The notes under the pieces are model-generated. The model made no database searches. It was not told the DNA's origin and saw only the letters and a list, made by a program, of their open reading frames with translations. Made by a program: the position numbers and the translations under genes. Of a stretch of DNA of 64,000 bases, positions 50,658 to 61,021 are shown in pieces. Location of the stretch: the NCBI GenBank assembly GCA_045047115.1, contig JASFYR010000021.1, forward strand, positions 1-64,000, given 5' to 3'. Numbering within the stretch: the first letter of the stretch is position 1; each line of letters starts with the position of its first letter. Source of the stretch: Sulfurospirillum sp. GTDB taxonomy: Bacteria > Campylobacterota > Campylobacteria > Campylobacterales > Sulfurospirillaceae.

Positions 50658-52489
50658 GACACATCATAGTCGGAACTGCCGGGCACATCGACCATGGAAA
50701 AACTGCTCTTATCGAAGCTTTAACGGGATTTAACGGGGATACGCTTGCCCAAGAGAAAAAAAGAGGCATCACTATAGATTTGAGTTTTTCCAGTCTGCAA
50801 AATGAAGATACAAATGTAGCTTTTATAGATGTACCTGGGCACGAAAAATTGCTCAAAAATATGATTGCCGGAGCATTTGGATTTGATGCCTGCATGCTTG
50901 TTGTCGATGCAAATGAAGGTCTTATGCCCCAAAGTATCGAACATTTAGAAATTTTAAATCTTCTTCAAATAGACAATATCATTGTGGTTCTATCAAAGTG
51001 TGATTTGGCAAATGAAGAGATAAAAAAAACAAGAGAAGCAGAGATAAGAGAGTATATAAAAACTCTGCAAAATTTGGAGATATATAATTTTATTCAAGTA
51101 AGCATATTTGACAAAAACTCCATCGAAAAACTAAGAAGTGCACTGTTTAGCTTGCCACTGAAAAACAAAAAAAACAACGGATTTTTCAGGTACTATGTGG
51201 ATAGATCATTTTCACTAGCAGGTGTCGGACAAGTTGTAACAGGAACACTGCTCGACGGAGAGATAAAAAGAGGTGATAAAGTATTTGCCCCCGAGTTAAA
51301 CAGCGAATTTAAAATAAAAAATCTACAAGTCCACGACAAAGATGTAGATGCGGCAACCACATCTCAAAGAACCGCTATAAACTTACAGGGAAACTCCAAA
51401 AAACCTCTAAAAAGAGGTACGCTTCTTTGCAAAAAAGGTTTTATAAGAGGATTTGAGAGTGTAGATGTTTGGATAGAGTGCATAGGTGGACACGAGATAA
51501 AACACAACTCAACTCTGCATATATTTGTAGGAACAAAACAGGTTGAGGCTAAAATTTTATTTTTAGAAAGCACCCCATCTGCTACAAATGGATTTGCCAC
51601 ACTTCACTTTAGACAAAAACTCTTTTTGGTGCACAATGAGCCTTTTATCATTTCGAGCGGAGGTAGAACCATAGGCGGAGGAAGAGTTCTAAATCCTATA
51701 AACGACCCTTTAAAAAAACGGATGAAACTAAGCTTGCTAGAAGCCCTAAAAAAAGATGACTTTGGCAGTGCTTTTACACTTCTTTGCGCTTTTCACAAAA
51801 AAGGGTTTGGGCTCATCTCATCAAACCAAAGATTTGGACTCAGCCACGAAAATGCAATAAGTCTGGCAAACGATATGGAAAGTGTTTTTGTAGATGAGAA
51901 AAATTTGGTCATCTACCCAAGCGATATAAAAGAGAGCCTGAATGATATAATAAAAAACATATACAAAAAAAATGAGTACGCTCTGCTCTCCGCCAACTCA
52001 CTTAGTTCAAAACTCAAATGGGCAAGCAGTGCTCTGTTGGAAGATGTACTCAACAGATTATGTAAAGAAAAATTTCTCTCTTTTGAAAATGGTATATACA
52101 AAAATGCCAATATCCAAATAGACAACATAGACAAACATATCGAAGATACAATCTATAAAATCCTACAAAATGCAAGCTATACACCAGCAGCTCCTTACAA
52201 CATATACGACGAACTGGACATCGATAAAAAAGTAGGGGATAATTCACTAAAAAAGCTAACAAAAGCAAAGAAGGTTATTCGTTTGGCACATAATATTTTT
52301 GTAGACACACAAGCTTTGACTAAAATAGTCTCATCTTTGAGAGAAATTATGACAAATGAAGGTTTTGTAGATGTGGCATCTTTTAAAAAACACTTTAATA
52401 TAAGTCGCAAATACCTCGTAGCCTATCTTGACTATCTTGATAATTTTGATGATATTAAAAAAGAGGACAACAGAAGATATTTAGTCTGA
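50654..52489 (+). CDS. selB: Selenocysteine-specific elongation factor
   Basis: GTAGHIDHGKT, RGITIDLSF, DVPGHE, C-terminal SRKYLVAYLDYLD winged helix. Confidence 0.96.
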   Translation: MRHIIVGTAGHIDHGKTALIEALTGFNGDTLAQEKKRGITIDLSFSSLQNEDTNVAFIDVPGHEKLLKNMIAGAFGFDACMLVVDANEGLMPQSIEHLEILNLLQIDNIIVVLSKCDLANEEIKKTREAEIREYIKTLQNLEIYNFIQVSIFDKNSIEKLRSALFSLPLKNKKNNGFFRYYVDRSFSLAGVGQVVTGTLLDGEIKRGDKVFAPELNSEFKIKNLQVHDKDVDAATTSQRTAINLQGNSKKPLKRGTLLCKKGFIRGFESVDVWIECIGGHEIKHNSTLHIFVGTKQVEAKILFLESTPSATNGFATLHFRQKLFLVHNEPFIISSGGRTIGGGRVLNPINDPLKKRMKLSLLEALKKDDFGSAFTLLCAFHKKGFGLISSNQRFGLSHENAISLANDMESVFVDEKNLVIYPSDIKESLNDIIKNIYKKNEYALLSANSLSSKLKWASSALLEDVLNRLCKEKFLSFENGIYKNANIQIDNIDKHIEDTIYKILQNASYTPAAPYNIYDELDIDKKVGDNSLKKLTKAKKVIRLAHNIFVDTQALTKIVSSLREIMTNEGFVDVASFKKHFNISRKYLVAYLDYLDNFDDIKKEDNRRYLV

Positions 52490-52509
52490 TACAGTGCGGA
52501 AGGTCAGTT
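52487..52509. repeat. Solo copy of the MITE terminal repeat
   Basis: TGATACAGTGCGGAAGGTCAGTT matches 43275-43297 at 21/23. Confidence 0.7.
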
Positions 52510-52593
52510 AATAAAATATTTATCATAAAAATATACAATTTCACAAATGGACTTCTTAGAGGGAGTCTAATAAGTTTTAAAAAGGTTTCCATA

Positions 52594-53298
52594 ATGAAAA
52601 AAAATATCATTTTATCCGCTCTACTGATAGCTTCGACACTTTTTAGTGCAACAAATAAAGAGATTATTGCACACTTTAAATCGAAAATTCCTATTCCAAA
52701 TATCATAGTTAAAATAACTTCGAGAAAAAGTGTATCAAAAGATTTGGATTATTTGACAGTTTTTATAACTGATGGCAAAGGCTCTCAAAAAGTTTCTATA
52801 TTTACCAGTGGCCAATATATATTTCCAGACGCAATAGACTTAAAAAACGGTATCAGTCTAAAAGAGAAAATGCAAAAAGAAACCATAAACAAAAATATAG
52901 CAAAAATTTATAAAAATGAAAACCCTGCAAATATAATTTCCATTGGGCATGACCCCAAGAAAGAGACATTAGTTGTATTTTCTGATCCGGAATGTCCATT
53001 TTGCAAGAAAGAGCTCGCCAACATAGAAAATGAACTAAAAAAATATAATATCAAAATGATTTTAACCCCAGTACATGAAAGAAGTGCACTTGAAAAATCA
53101 TATCTCATATATAAAAACATTAAAACAGCGAAAAACGATGCACAAAAGATTAAAATTATAAGAAAATACTTCAATACAGACTTAAATAAAAAAGTTGATG
53201 ATAAGAATGTGAAAAAGATTGACGAGCTAAGAAACAAATACTTTAAAGCAGGCATAAATGGCACTCCTTACAAAGTGATGGAGAAAGATATACAGTAA
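52594..53298 (+). CDS. Periplasmic DsbC/DsbG-like thioredoxin-fold protein
   Basis: Signal peptide; VFSDPECPFC; GINGTP cis-Pro loop. Confidence 0.85.
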   Translation: MKKNIILSALLIASTLFSATNKEIIAHFKSKIPIPNIIVKITSRKSVSKDLDYLTVFITDGKGSQKVSIFTSGQYIFPDAIDLKNGISLKEKMQKETINKNIAKIYKNENPANIISIGHDPKKETLVVFSDPECPFCKKELANIENELKKYNIKMILTPVHERSALEKSYLIYKNIKTAKNDAQKIKIIRKYFNTDLNKKVDDKNVKKIDELRNKYFKAGINGTPYKVMEKDIQ

Positions 53299-53325
53299 GT
53301 AAAAATATAGACTTCTAAAAATTTA

Positions 53326-53334
53326 TGTTATAAT
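53326..53334 (+). promoter_or_regulatory. Extended -10 promoter (TGnTATAAT)
   Basis: TGTTATAAT about 60 nt upstream of the PAS gene. Confidence 0.6.
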
Positions 53335-53393
53335 AGCTTGTTCTATCGCTGTTGCTCCATTAAGCTGATGGAGCGATAAAAAAGGCATAAAGC

Positions 53394-54542
53394 ATGGAGT
53401 ATAATTTAAATTTTATAGTTGCAGCAGTACTTTTAATAGTTCTCATATTGCTATATATTATCTTAATACAAAACAAAAAACTTGGCGAACTAAATAAGCA
53501 AATTAATAACGAATCGAGATATAAAAAATTTTTAGAGAGTCTCTCTGTACCTATATTTTACAAAGAAAACAATGGAAATATAACTTATACAAACCCCTCT
53601 TTTGATATTGCTTTTGGCGTCAACAGAGTTAAAGCCATACAGACAATTTCAAAACTTTTGAAAAAACCGCTTGAACAGTTAGAACTCAACTACGATAATG
53701 ACATACAAAAAAGGGCGATAATATTTTCTTCATCCATACATGATGAAAAAAGCAACACAGATGGCAAAATAGGTGTAATTTTTGATATAAATACATTTAA
53801 AAAAGACATCATCTCCCTGCTCACATGGAAACAACGATACTCACTGGCTATCGAAGGGCCGGAATATGGTCTTTGGGATTGGAATATACTGGAGGGAAAC
53901 TTCTATTTTTCAAGTCAGTGGAAAAAGATTATGGGATATGATATTGATGACAAACCTCATAGTTTAAACTCCTGGTTAAGTCTTGTTGATTCAAGAGATA
54001 TGGCAAAGGTGAATGAAGCTTTAAACAGGCACTTAAGTGGCTTAGACAAAACATTTAACATAGAACACCGCATTAGATTGAGCGACGGATTAAAATGGGT
54101 AAATATACGTGGAAAAGCACTATTTGACCATGAAGACAATGCAAGTAGAATGGTTGGGCTAATAGTCGATATAAGTGAAAGAAAAAAAGCGGAAGCAGAG
54201 ATTAGTAAAAGTCAAAGACTCTTTGCTGCATTTATAGAGAATCTACCTGGAATCGCCTTTATAAAAGATGCCAACAATAGATATATATATCTAAACAGGT
54301 ATTATGAAAGTCTTATTGGATTTAAAGAGTGGAAAAATAAAACTCCTACTGAACTTTTTGACGAAGATACTGCCAAACAGATACTTCAAAACGATAGAAA
54401 AGCTTTCTTCCAAGGCCAAAAAACACACAAAGAGACAATACCAAACGAAGAAGGCAACTATAAAATTTTTGAAACATACAAGTTTCCTGTAAATGATGAT
54501 AATGGAGAAAAACTACTGTGTGGCTTCGGGGTCGAGCATTAA
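53394..54542 (+). CDS. Membrane-anchored multi-PAS protein lacking an output domain
   Basis: One TM; three PAS/PAC-like units (e.g. GLWDWN...EHRIR...WVNIRG...DISERK); ends directly after the third. Confidence 0.8.
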   Translation: MEYNLNFIVAAVLLIVLILLYIILIQNKKLGELNKQINNESRYKKFLESLSVPIFYKENNGNITYTNPSFDIAFGVNRVKAIQTISKLLKKPLEQLELNYDNDIQKRAIIFSSSIHDEKSNTDGKIGVIFDINTFKKDIISLLTWKQRYSLAIEGPEYGLWDWNILEGNFYFSSQWKKIMGYDIDDKPHSLNSWLSLVDSRDMAKVNEALNRHLSGLDKTFNIEHRIRLSDGLKWVNIRGKALFDHEDNASRMVGLIVDISERKKAEAEISKSQRLFAAFIENLPGIAFIKDANNRYIYLNRYYESLIGFKEWKNKTPTELFDEDTAKQILQNDRKAFFQGQKTHKETIPNEEGNYKIFETYKFPVNDDNGEKLLCGFGVEH

Positions 54543-54555
54543 CACAGCATTAACA
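54535..54555 (+). promoter_or_regulatory. 11-bp-periodic direct repeat, candidate OmpR-family box
   Basis: AGCATTAACA-C-AGCATTAACA, followed by TATCAT at 54565-54570, upstream of the response regulator. Confidence 0.55.
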
Positions 54556-54587
54556 AAAATTAAGTATCATTTAGATGAGGAAATATT

Positions 54588-55262
54588 ATGAAAATAAAAA
54601 TAATAATGATAGAAGATGATACAGAACTCGCCAATTTATTGACATCTTTTCTCGCAAAATACAATATTAGTATAACCAATTACGAAGACCCGTATCTTGG
54701 CATCAGCGCACTTAATTTAGAAAAATTTGATTTACTTATTTTAGACTTGTCATTACCTGGCATGGATGGACTTGATATTTGTAAAGAAGTCAGAGAAAAA
54801 TCAAATATTCCCATCATCATCTCATCAGCCAGAAGCGATGTTGATGACAAAATAATTGGCTTAATGCTAGGTGCGGATGATTACCTACCGAAGCCATATG
54901 AGCCAAAAGAGTTATATGCGAGAATCATCAGTGTTTTGAGAAGATACAAAAAAGAGTTTACAAAAGAGGAGGAAGAGAGTGTTTTAAAACTAGATTCAAA
55001 AGCCATGAAGATTCTTTTTAAAAACAGGCCTTTGACGCTTACTAAAGCAGAGTATGAAATACTAAGCTATATGATTAAAAAGAGTAATTGTGCCATCACT
55101 AGAGTTGAACTCATAAATCATTCATTATCACTTGACGATGAAAAAGAGAGCAGAAGTCTTGATGTGATTATAAGCAGAATCAGACAAAAACTAGGAGAAA
55201 ACTCTAAAAATCCAAGATACATTCATTCAATAAGAGGCATGGGATACAGGTTGCAGATTTGA
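54588..55262 (+). CDS. OmpR-family response regulator (RacR/ArsR-like)
   Basis: MIEDD, LDLSLPGMDGL, GADDYLPKPY, SIRGMGY. Confidence 0.92.
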   Translation: MKIKIIMIEDDTELANLLTSFLAKYNISITNYEDPYLGISALNLEKFDLLILDLSLPGMDGLDICKEVREKSNIPIIISSARSDVDDKIIGLMLGADDYLPKPYEPKELYARIISVLRRYKKEFTKEEEESVLKLDSKAMKILFKNRPLTLTKAEYEILSYMIKKSNCAITRVELINHSLSLDDEKESRSLDVIISRIRQKLGENSKNPRYIHSIRGMGYRLQI

Positions 55263-56497
55263 AGTGGTATCACTCTATAATCACAAAGATTTCACTTATT
55301 TTTCTTTTGGCTATCTTTGGAGTTCTTGCTATTTTATTTTTACTTGCAAATCATCGGACACAAAAAAACCTCGAAAATGCAGAACAATTTGCAAGGTTTG
55401 CCATCCACTCATCATACAATATGACTAAAAGAAAATTAGATTTTAAAAATTTAAAAAACAGCGGTCTTACTATCGTAAAAAATCAAAAAATCAAAAGAGT
55501 CATTCTTTCTCGAAAAATCTTTTTAAGAAATCACAAACCATATGCAAACATGATGCAAAGAATGATGGGATTAAATATAAGAGCTACCATATTTAAGAAA
55601 AAAATCTATATCATCCTGAGAGAAAAAAACAGAAAAACCATAGTCTTTAAAACACCATTTAAAAAAGAGACTTTTTCTCCTTTTTTCATCTCTGCTTTAT
55701 CTATTTTACTGGTTATTTTACTCTATATAGCCATTATCAAAAACATACTTCCCCTGTATGCACTAAAGAAGAAGATAAAACAGTTTGCAAATGGAGATTA
55801 CGAGATAGATTGCCAAAGCAAAAACCAAGACGAGATAGGCGTTTTGGCAAATGAATTTAATGAAGCCGTAAAAAAAATAAAAAGCCTGAGAGATTCAAGG
55901 CAACTCTTTTTGAGAAATATAATGCACGAATTAAAAACTCCTATAGCAAAAGGCAAGTTTGCAGTAGAAATAACACAGGATAAAAACTTAAAGCATGCAC
56001 TACAAAATATATTTAATCGCCAAGAATACCTTATAGATGAATTCGCAAGAATAGAAAAATTAAATGCAAATGAACTTCAATTGGACATAAAAGAGTATCT
56101 CTTGGAAGATATTATAGATTTTGCTCAGGACATTTTAAATCACAATAATACACAAATAATAAAAAACCTGTCCCCAGTTAAGCTCTTAGTAGATTTTGAA
56201 CTTTTCGGTACAGCTATAAAAAATCTTCTTGATAACGGTATCAATTATTCAAGTGATTCAAAAGTTATGATTTCAAATAATCACAAAATAATCACAATTT
56301 CCAACAAAGGTGAAAAACTTGAATTTCCATTGCAAAATTATGCCGAGCCATACTTTTTAAAGGGCAAAAAACAAAAAAGCTCACGAGGTCTTGGATTTGG
56401 TCTATATATAGTTTGGCATATCCTAAAATTACACAATATGAAAATCAGATACAAAAGAGAGAATGATATAAATGTATTTGAAATTTTATTAAAATAG
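55259..56497 (+). CDS. Sensor histidine kinase (ArsS/RacS-like)
   Basis: [32 protein letters not shown]. Confidence 0.9.
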   Translation: MKWYHSIITKISLIFLLAIFGVLAILFLLANHRTQKNLENAEQFARFAIHSSYNMTKRKLDFKNLKNSGLTIVKNQKIKRVILSRKIFLRNHKPYANMMQRMMGLNIRATIFKKKIYIILREKNRKTIVFKTPFKKETFSPFFISALSILLVILLYIAIIKNILPLYALKKKIKQFANGDYEIDCQSKNQDEIGVLANEFNEAVKKIKSLRDSRQLFLRNIMHELKTPIAKGKFAVEITQDKNLKHALQNIFNRQEYLIDEFARIEKLNANELQLDIKEYLLEDIIDFAQDILNHNNTQIIKNLSPVKLLVDFELFGTAIKNLLDNGINYSSDSKVMISNNHKIITISNKGEKLEFPLQNYAEPYFLKGKKQKSSRGLGFGLYIVWHILKLHNMKIRYKRENDINVFEILLK

Positions 56498-56525
56498 TTG
56501 TATGATTGCGAAAAAAAGGGTGAAT

Positions 56526-57728
56526 ATGTTTTTTTCAAAAAAAGAGAATAATCAACTAGAAGAGATAAAAAACAAGATAGATAAAGACATAGAAAGTATC
56601 AAAACAAATGTCTCCATTCATCCATCTTTTAGAGAAAAAGCTCAAAAGGCAAAAAATCTTAAAGAGAAGATTGATACAGTTGTTGAGGCAAGGGACCATC
56701 AAGTATATATGTGGAAAACATTCAAATCATCATTTCCAATAGCTTTTTTTGCCATAAATAAAGAGAAAAAAATCATAGAGCACAATAGAGTCTTTGAAGA
56801 ACTTACCGGCTTTAGTTTTAGTGAAATCCACAACAGTAGCGGTGGAAAAATCCTATGGCCGGCAGACCCATCACAGTGCCATGTATGTGCTCTGGCTGTA
56901 AAATACATAAATGCACAAAAAGCGGGAGACGGACTCGCAAATATAGTCTCTAAGAATGCCGAAGAGATACCTGTGTTTGCATATATCGTCCCTATATATA
57001 AAGAAGGAGAACTGGAAAAAGCCTTTATACTCCTAAGAGACCAGAGAGACGAGATAAAAGCTAGAAAAATTTATATGTCCGAACAGATAGAACCCATAAC
57101 AAAAATACTAAACAAGATAGAACAAGGATATATAACGGACACCTTAACTTTAGGCGATAAAAGTGAACTCAAAGATTTAGAGGCCCCTATAAATGGTATT
57201 GTTTTCACGCTTAAAGACATAACATCCAAAATAATCGCAGCAGCAAACAGTGTCTCGGAAGTAGGAAAAGAAACAAAACAGACACTTGGTGAAACCCAAG
57301 AATGGAATCAGAAAGTTTTCGTTCCAAGCCAATTTGAACTTGCAGACAAAGCAAAAGCTTTAGAGAACTCAATTCAAGAGATACAAAATATGGTGAGCCT
57401 TATAGAAGAGGTTAGTGATCAGACAAACTTATTGGCATTAAATGCCGCCATAGAAGCTGCTCGTGCTGGGGAACATGGCAGGGGGTTTGCTGTAGTTGCA
57501 GATGAAGTAAGAAAACTGGCAGAGAAAAGTCAAAAATCAACAGATGAAATCAAAGCAACTATTTCTGTCATAAAAAACAATACAGCAACCATGGTATTAA
57601 ATATAGCAGAGACAAATAAAGAAGCTTCAAAGTTGACCAATAGTTTAAAAGGGATGAATAAAAGCTTTTCAAGTATCGAAAAAGATATAGATTCCTTAAA
57701 ACAGGAGACTGAAAAATTTAAGTTATAG
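56526..57728 (+). CDS. Soluble PAS-containing methyl-accepting chemotaxis protein
   Basis: No TM; PAS domain; [36 protein letters not shown]. Confidence 0.9.
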   Translation: MFFSKKENNQLEEIKNKIDKDIESIKTNVSIHPSFREKAQKAKNLKEKIDTVVEARDHQVYMWKTFKSSFPIAFFAINKEKKIIEHNRVFEELTGFSFSEIHNSSGGKILWPADPSQCHVCALAVKYINAQKAGDGLANIVSKNAEEIPVFAYIVPIYKEGELEKAFILLRDQRDEIKARKIYMSEQIEPITKILNKIEQGYITDTLTLGDKSELKDLEAPINGIVFTLKDITSKIIAAANSVSEVGKETKQTLGETQEWNQKVFVPSQFELADKAKALENSIQEIQNMVSLIEEVSDQTNLLALNAAIEAARAGEHGRGFAVVADEVRKLAEKSQKSTDEIKATISVIKNNTATMVLNIAETNKEASKLTNSLKGMNKSFSSIEKDIDSLKQETEKFKL

Positions 57729-57750
57729 GGTGCTTCAAAGCTACCCTGTA
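57724..57750 (+). terminator. Stem-loop after the MCP gene
   Basis: TATAGGGT-GCTT-CA-AAGC-T-ACCCTGTA. Confidence 0.45.
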
Positions 57751-58035
57751 GCAACCTCCAAGCTCTTTTTAATAAATATTTAAGTATAATTCGTGCCAAT
57801 TCAGAACTTCTTAAGAGAACTTCTTCAAAACCTGCCAAGATTTGGGATACCGAGCGAGTATGTAGGTTTTTTGCATACTAGTTTACAGGTTTATCAAAAA
57901 CAATCTAAACTTTATAATTTTTATGTAGCAGATTAAATGTATTAAAAGTATATATTTCACTTTGCAATCAGTTTTCTTTTTAGTTTTGAAAAATCAACAA
58001 CTGACCAAAGTCAGTTAAATAAAAAGAGAGAAAAA

Positions 58036-59496
58036 ATGACAACAACTTTTGACAAGTTTAATTTAGATAGTGATATCTTAAAAGCCGTAGTAGAAGCAGG
58101 ATTTAGAGAACCAAGCCCGGTTCAGGAAGAGGCGATACCACTTATACTCGAAGGTCACGATATAGTAGCACAGGCACAAACAGGTACGGGAAAAACAGCA
58201 GCTTTTGGACTGCCTGCTATGAGCATGATAAACCCAAATGAAAAGAGAGTGCAGGTTTTAGTTATCACTCCGACAAGAGAACTTGCAACCCAAGTAAGCG
58301 ACGAGCTTTTTAGCCTGGGTAAATTCAAAAACATAAAAACTGTAACTATCTACGGAGGAAGCTCATACAATAGACAGATAGGGCTCATAGAAAAAGGTGC
58401 CAGTGTTGTAGTGGCGACCCCGGGCCGTATGCTTGATTTACTAAAAAATGACAGACTCAAAAATTTTACACCTCAAATTGTCATACTTGATGAAGCAGAC
58501 GAGATGTTAGATATGGGATTTTTAGAAGATATAGAAAATATCCTAAAATTTCTTCCCAAAGAGAGACAAACGCTACTCTTCTCAGCAACTATGCCAGAAC
58601 CGATAAAAAGACTCGCAAAAAGAAGACTAAATGATCCAAAATTTGTAAGCATTACACCAAAAGAACACACAACAAATGAAGATATAGAACAACTCTACTA
58701 TGTGATAGAAGAAAGAGAAAGAGACAATGCCCTCATAAGACTCTTGGACTCTTTGGAGCCGACAAAGTCTATACTGTTTTGTAGAACCAAAAAAGAGGTT
58801 GACAGACTCTCTACTCAGCTTATGGCTATCGGCTACTCAGCAAGTGGCTTGCATGGAGATATGGAACAAAATCAAAGAGAGAGTGTCATAAGAGCATTTA
58901 GAAACTCTCAAATAGAGATGCTTATTGCCACCGATGTAGCAGCAAGAGGATTAAATGTCACAGATATCTCTCATGTATTTAATTTCCATATGCCTTTTGA
59001 CCCTGAGAGTTATGTACATAGAATAGGAAGAACCGGAAGAGCGGGGAAAAAAGGAACTGCCATCACACTTGTGACTCCTATGGAGTATCACAGTATGCAA
59101 AGAATCGGTAAAAAAGTTGGTACAAATATAAAATTTAAAATAGTTCCAACCCTAAACGATGTAAAAGAGTCTCAATTAAAAAAGATGGCAAACGAAATAG
59201 AAAATGTCCCTTTACATGAAAATGCCCAAAAGATACTTGATATCTTAGGTGACGATATAAATCTTAGTAAAATTTCACTAAAACTAATCTCAATGCTCAT
59301 CAACAAAAACTCTTTAAGTGGTCCGAACAAGATAGGATTTGATAGTAAAACTCTCTCAAATCTGGTAAAAAGACTAGATGAAAGAAATAGCAGAGACAGA
59401 AACAGAGGCAGTAGAGGAAGAGGTAGAAGCAGAGGAAATGACAAAGGCGGAAGCCAAAGAAGAGATAGAGCTCCAAGAAGAAGAAGCCGAAGTTAA
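58036..59496 (+). CDS. DEAD-box RNA helicase (DeaD/CshA-like)
   Basis: Q motif, AQTGTGKT, PTRELA, DEAD, SAT, HRIGRTGRAG, Arg/Gly-rich tail. Confidence 0.95.
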   Translation: MTTTFDKFNLDSDILKAVVEAGFREPSPVQEEAIPLILEGHDIVAQAQTGTGKTAAFGLPAMSMINPNEKRVQVLVITPTRELATQVSDELFSLGKFKNIKTVTIYGGSSYNRQIGLIEKGASVVVATPGRMLDLLKNDRLKNFTPQIVILDEADEMLDMGFLEDIENILKFLPKERQTLLFSATMPEPIKRLAKRRLNDPKFVSITPKEHTTNEDIEQLYYVIEERERDNALIRLLDSLEPTKSILFCRTKKEVDRLSTQLMAIGYSASGLHGDMEQNQRESVIRAFRNSQIEMLIATDVAARGLNVTDISHVFNFHMPFDPESYVHRIGRTGRAGKKGTAITLVTPMEYHSMQRIGKKVGTNIKFKIVPTLNDVKESQLKKMANEIENVPLHENAQKILDILGDDINLSKISLKLISMLINKNSLSGPNKIGFDSKTLSNLVKRLDERNSRDRNRGSRGRGRSRGNDKGGSQRRDRAPRRRSRS

Positions 59497-59553
59497 AAGG
59501 TTTATTGTGTCATAAACTTTTCACATCTATTAAATAAAAGTTATATATTTTAA

Positions 59554-59586
59554 GTAATTGGTAAATTTATAGAATTTACCAATTAC
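59554..59586. terminator. Perfect 14-bp inverted repeat after the helicase
   Basis: GTAATTGGTAAATT-TATAG-AATTTACCAATTAC. Confidence 0.55.
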
Positions 59587-59804
59587 AATTTTAATGTATA
59601 ATTCTCATAAGCTATAATTATATATAATAACTTATCTCTAAAATAGCAAATACCAACAAATTTGACTCACATTTATCAAGTAACATTAAAAGAAATAATT
59701 AATTTTTAATTTAATAAATCAAAGATATTGACGCAATTGACGAAAAAAGTATTTCTTTTTTTCTAGATTTTATTGTACAATTCCTAAATTTTTTGGAGGA
59801 AATG

Positions 59805-60962
59805 ATGAAAAAATTAATTTTAGTAGCATTAAGTGCTTCTGTACTTCTTGCAACAAACGGGGATAATCTTATAGGTCTTGGTGCCAAATCCAGAGCAATG
59901 GGTGGAGTTGGAATTGCCACATATTTTGGCGCAGAAAATGTTTTGGTAAATCCTGCTATGATCGCCAAAAGTGCAAATACACAAATGGACTTTGGTGCAA
60001 CTCTTTTTATGCCCAGTGTTCAAGCAAACGGAACAAACAGTAATGCTGATATGAGTATCATGCCCGAGGTATTTTCTTCTATCAAGGTAAATGAAAACTG
60101 GGCCTTTGGTCTTGGTATGTTTGGGGCTGCCGGTATGGGAGTTGATTATAGAGGAACTTCGTCACTTATGGATGCAAGAACAAATCTCATGTTGATGAAG
60201 TTTGCACCTACAATTGCATATCATACAGATGGTATCTCCGCTGGTTTTGCCCCTGTCATTCAGTATGGTTCGCTAGACATTGCATACAATATGCACGGTA
60301 TGGGCGGATATAATCAAATAGGCTCGGGCTCGAGCGATCACTTTGGTGTTGGTTTTGCAGCTGGTTTCAGTTATGACATAAGCAAAGATCTGACATTGGG
60401 ATTGGTTTATAAATCCAAAATAGATATGACATACAAAAATACACTAAGTACTGCATCAGAACCTTTTGTCGGCATGGGAATTTTTCCTTCGACATTTTCT
60501 GATAACTTGGCTCAACCTGCAGAATATGGACTTGGATTGTCTTACAACTTTAACAACTTAAACTTCTCTTTTGATTATAAAAAAGTTAAATGGGGAAGTG
60601 CAGATGGATACAAGGATTTTGGCTGGAAAGACCAAAATATATATGCAATAGGTGTAAAATATGAAAAAGACGGCACCTGGTACAGTGTCGGCTACAATCA
60701 TGCAACAAATCCGATAACAAACTACCCGGGAACCACGGCACAAGGTCAATCTTTAAATCTATTTAACTATCTTATGTTTCCCGCAACAAGCGAAGATCAC
60801 TATACTACCGGTGCCGGAACAAACCTAACCAAAAACATATCTTTGGACTTTAGCTTTGTATACTCACCAAGTAACACAGTGACCGTCAACACAACAATAG
60901 GGTCTTTAACAGTAAAACATGCCGAAACATCAGCTGAAATTACACTAAGATATGATTTTTAG
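59805..60962 (+). CDS. OmpP1/FadL/TodX family outer membrane transporter
   Basis: Signal peptide; TNGDNLIGLGAKSRAMGG and NPA motifs; terminal YDF. Confidence 0.88.
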   Translation: MKKLILVALSASVLLATNGDNLIGLGAKSRAMGGVGIATYFGAENVLVNPAMIAKSANTQMDFGATLFMPSVQANGTNSNADMSIMPEVFSSIKVNENWAFGLGMFGAAGMGVDYRGTSSLMDARTNLMLMKFAPTIAYHTDGISAGFAPVIQYGSLDIAYNMHGMGGYNQIGSGSSDHFGVGFAAGFSYDISKDLTLGLVYKSKIDMTYKNTLSTASEPFVGMGIFPSTFSDNLAQPAEYGLGLSYNFNNLNFSFDYKKVKWGSADGYKDFGWKDQNIYAIGVKYEKDGTWYSVGYNHATNPITNYPGTTAQGQSLNLFNYLMFPATSEDHYTTGAGTNLTKNISLDFSFVYSPSNTVTVNTTIGSLTVKHAETSAEITLRYDF

Positions 60963-61021
60963 GAAAAAATGTAAAAAAACAGAAAAGCACTGTACGCCTT
61001 CGCAAACACCTATATATAGTA

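Noticed and set aside
49323..52593. tRNA-Sec (selC) near selAB
   Set aside because: No cloverleaf with a UCA anticodon seen by eye in the intergenic gaps; tRNAscan-SE or Aragorn would be decisive.
53341..53385. Fluoride riboswitch (GCTGATG motif)
   Set aside because: The 5' GGCGATGG-like segment and pseudoknot partner are not evident, and the downstream gene is unrelated to fluoride export.
59380..59493. Purine-rich repeat element
   Set aside because: It simply encodes the Arg/Gly/Ser-rich tail of the DEAD-box helicase.
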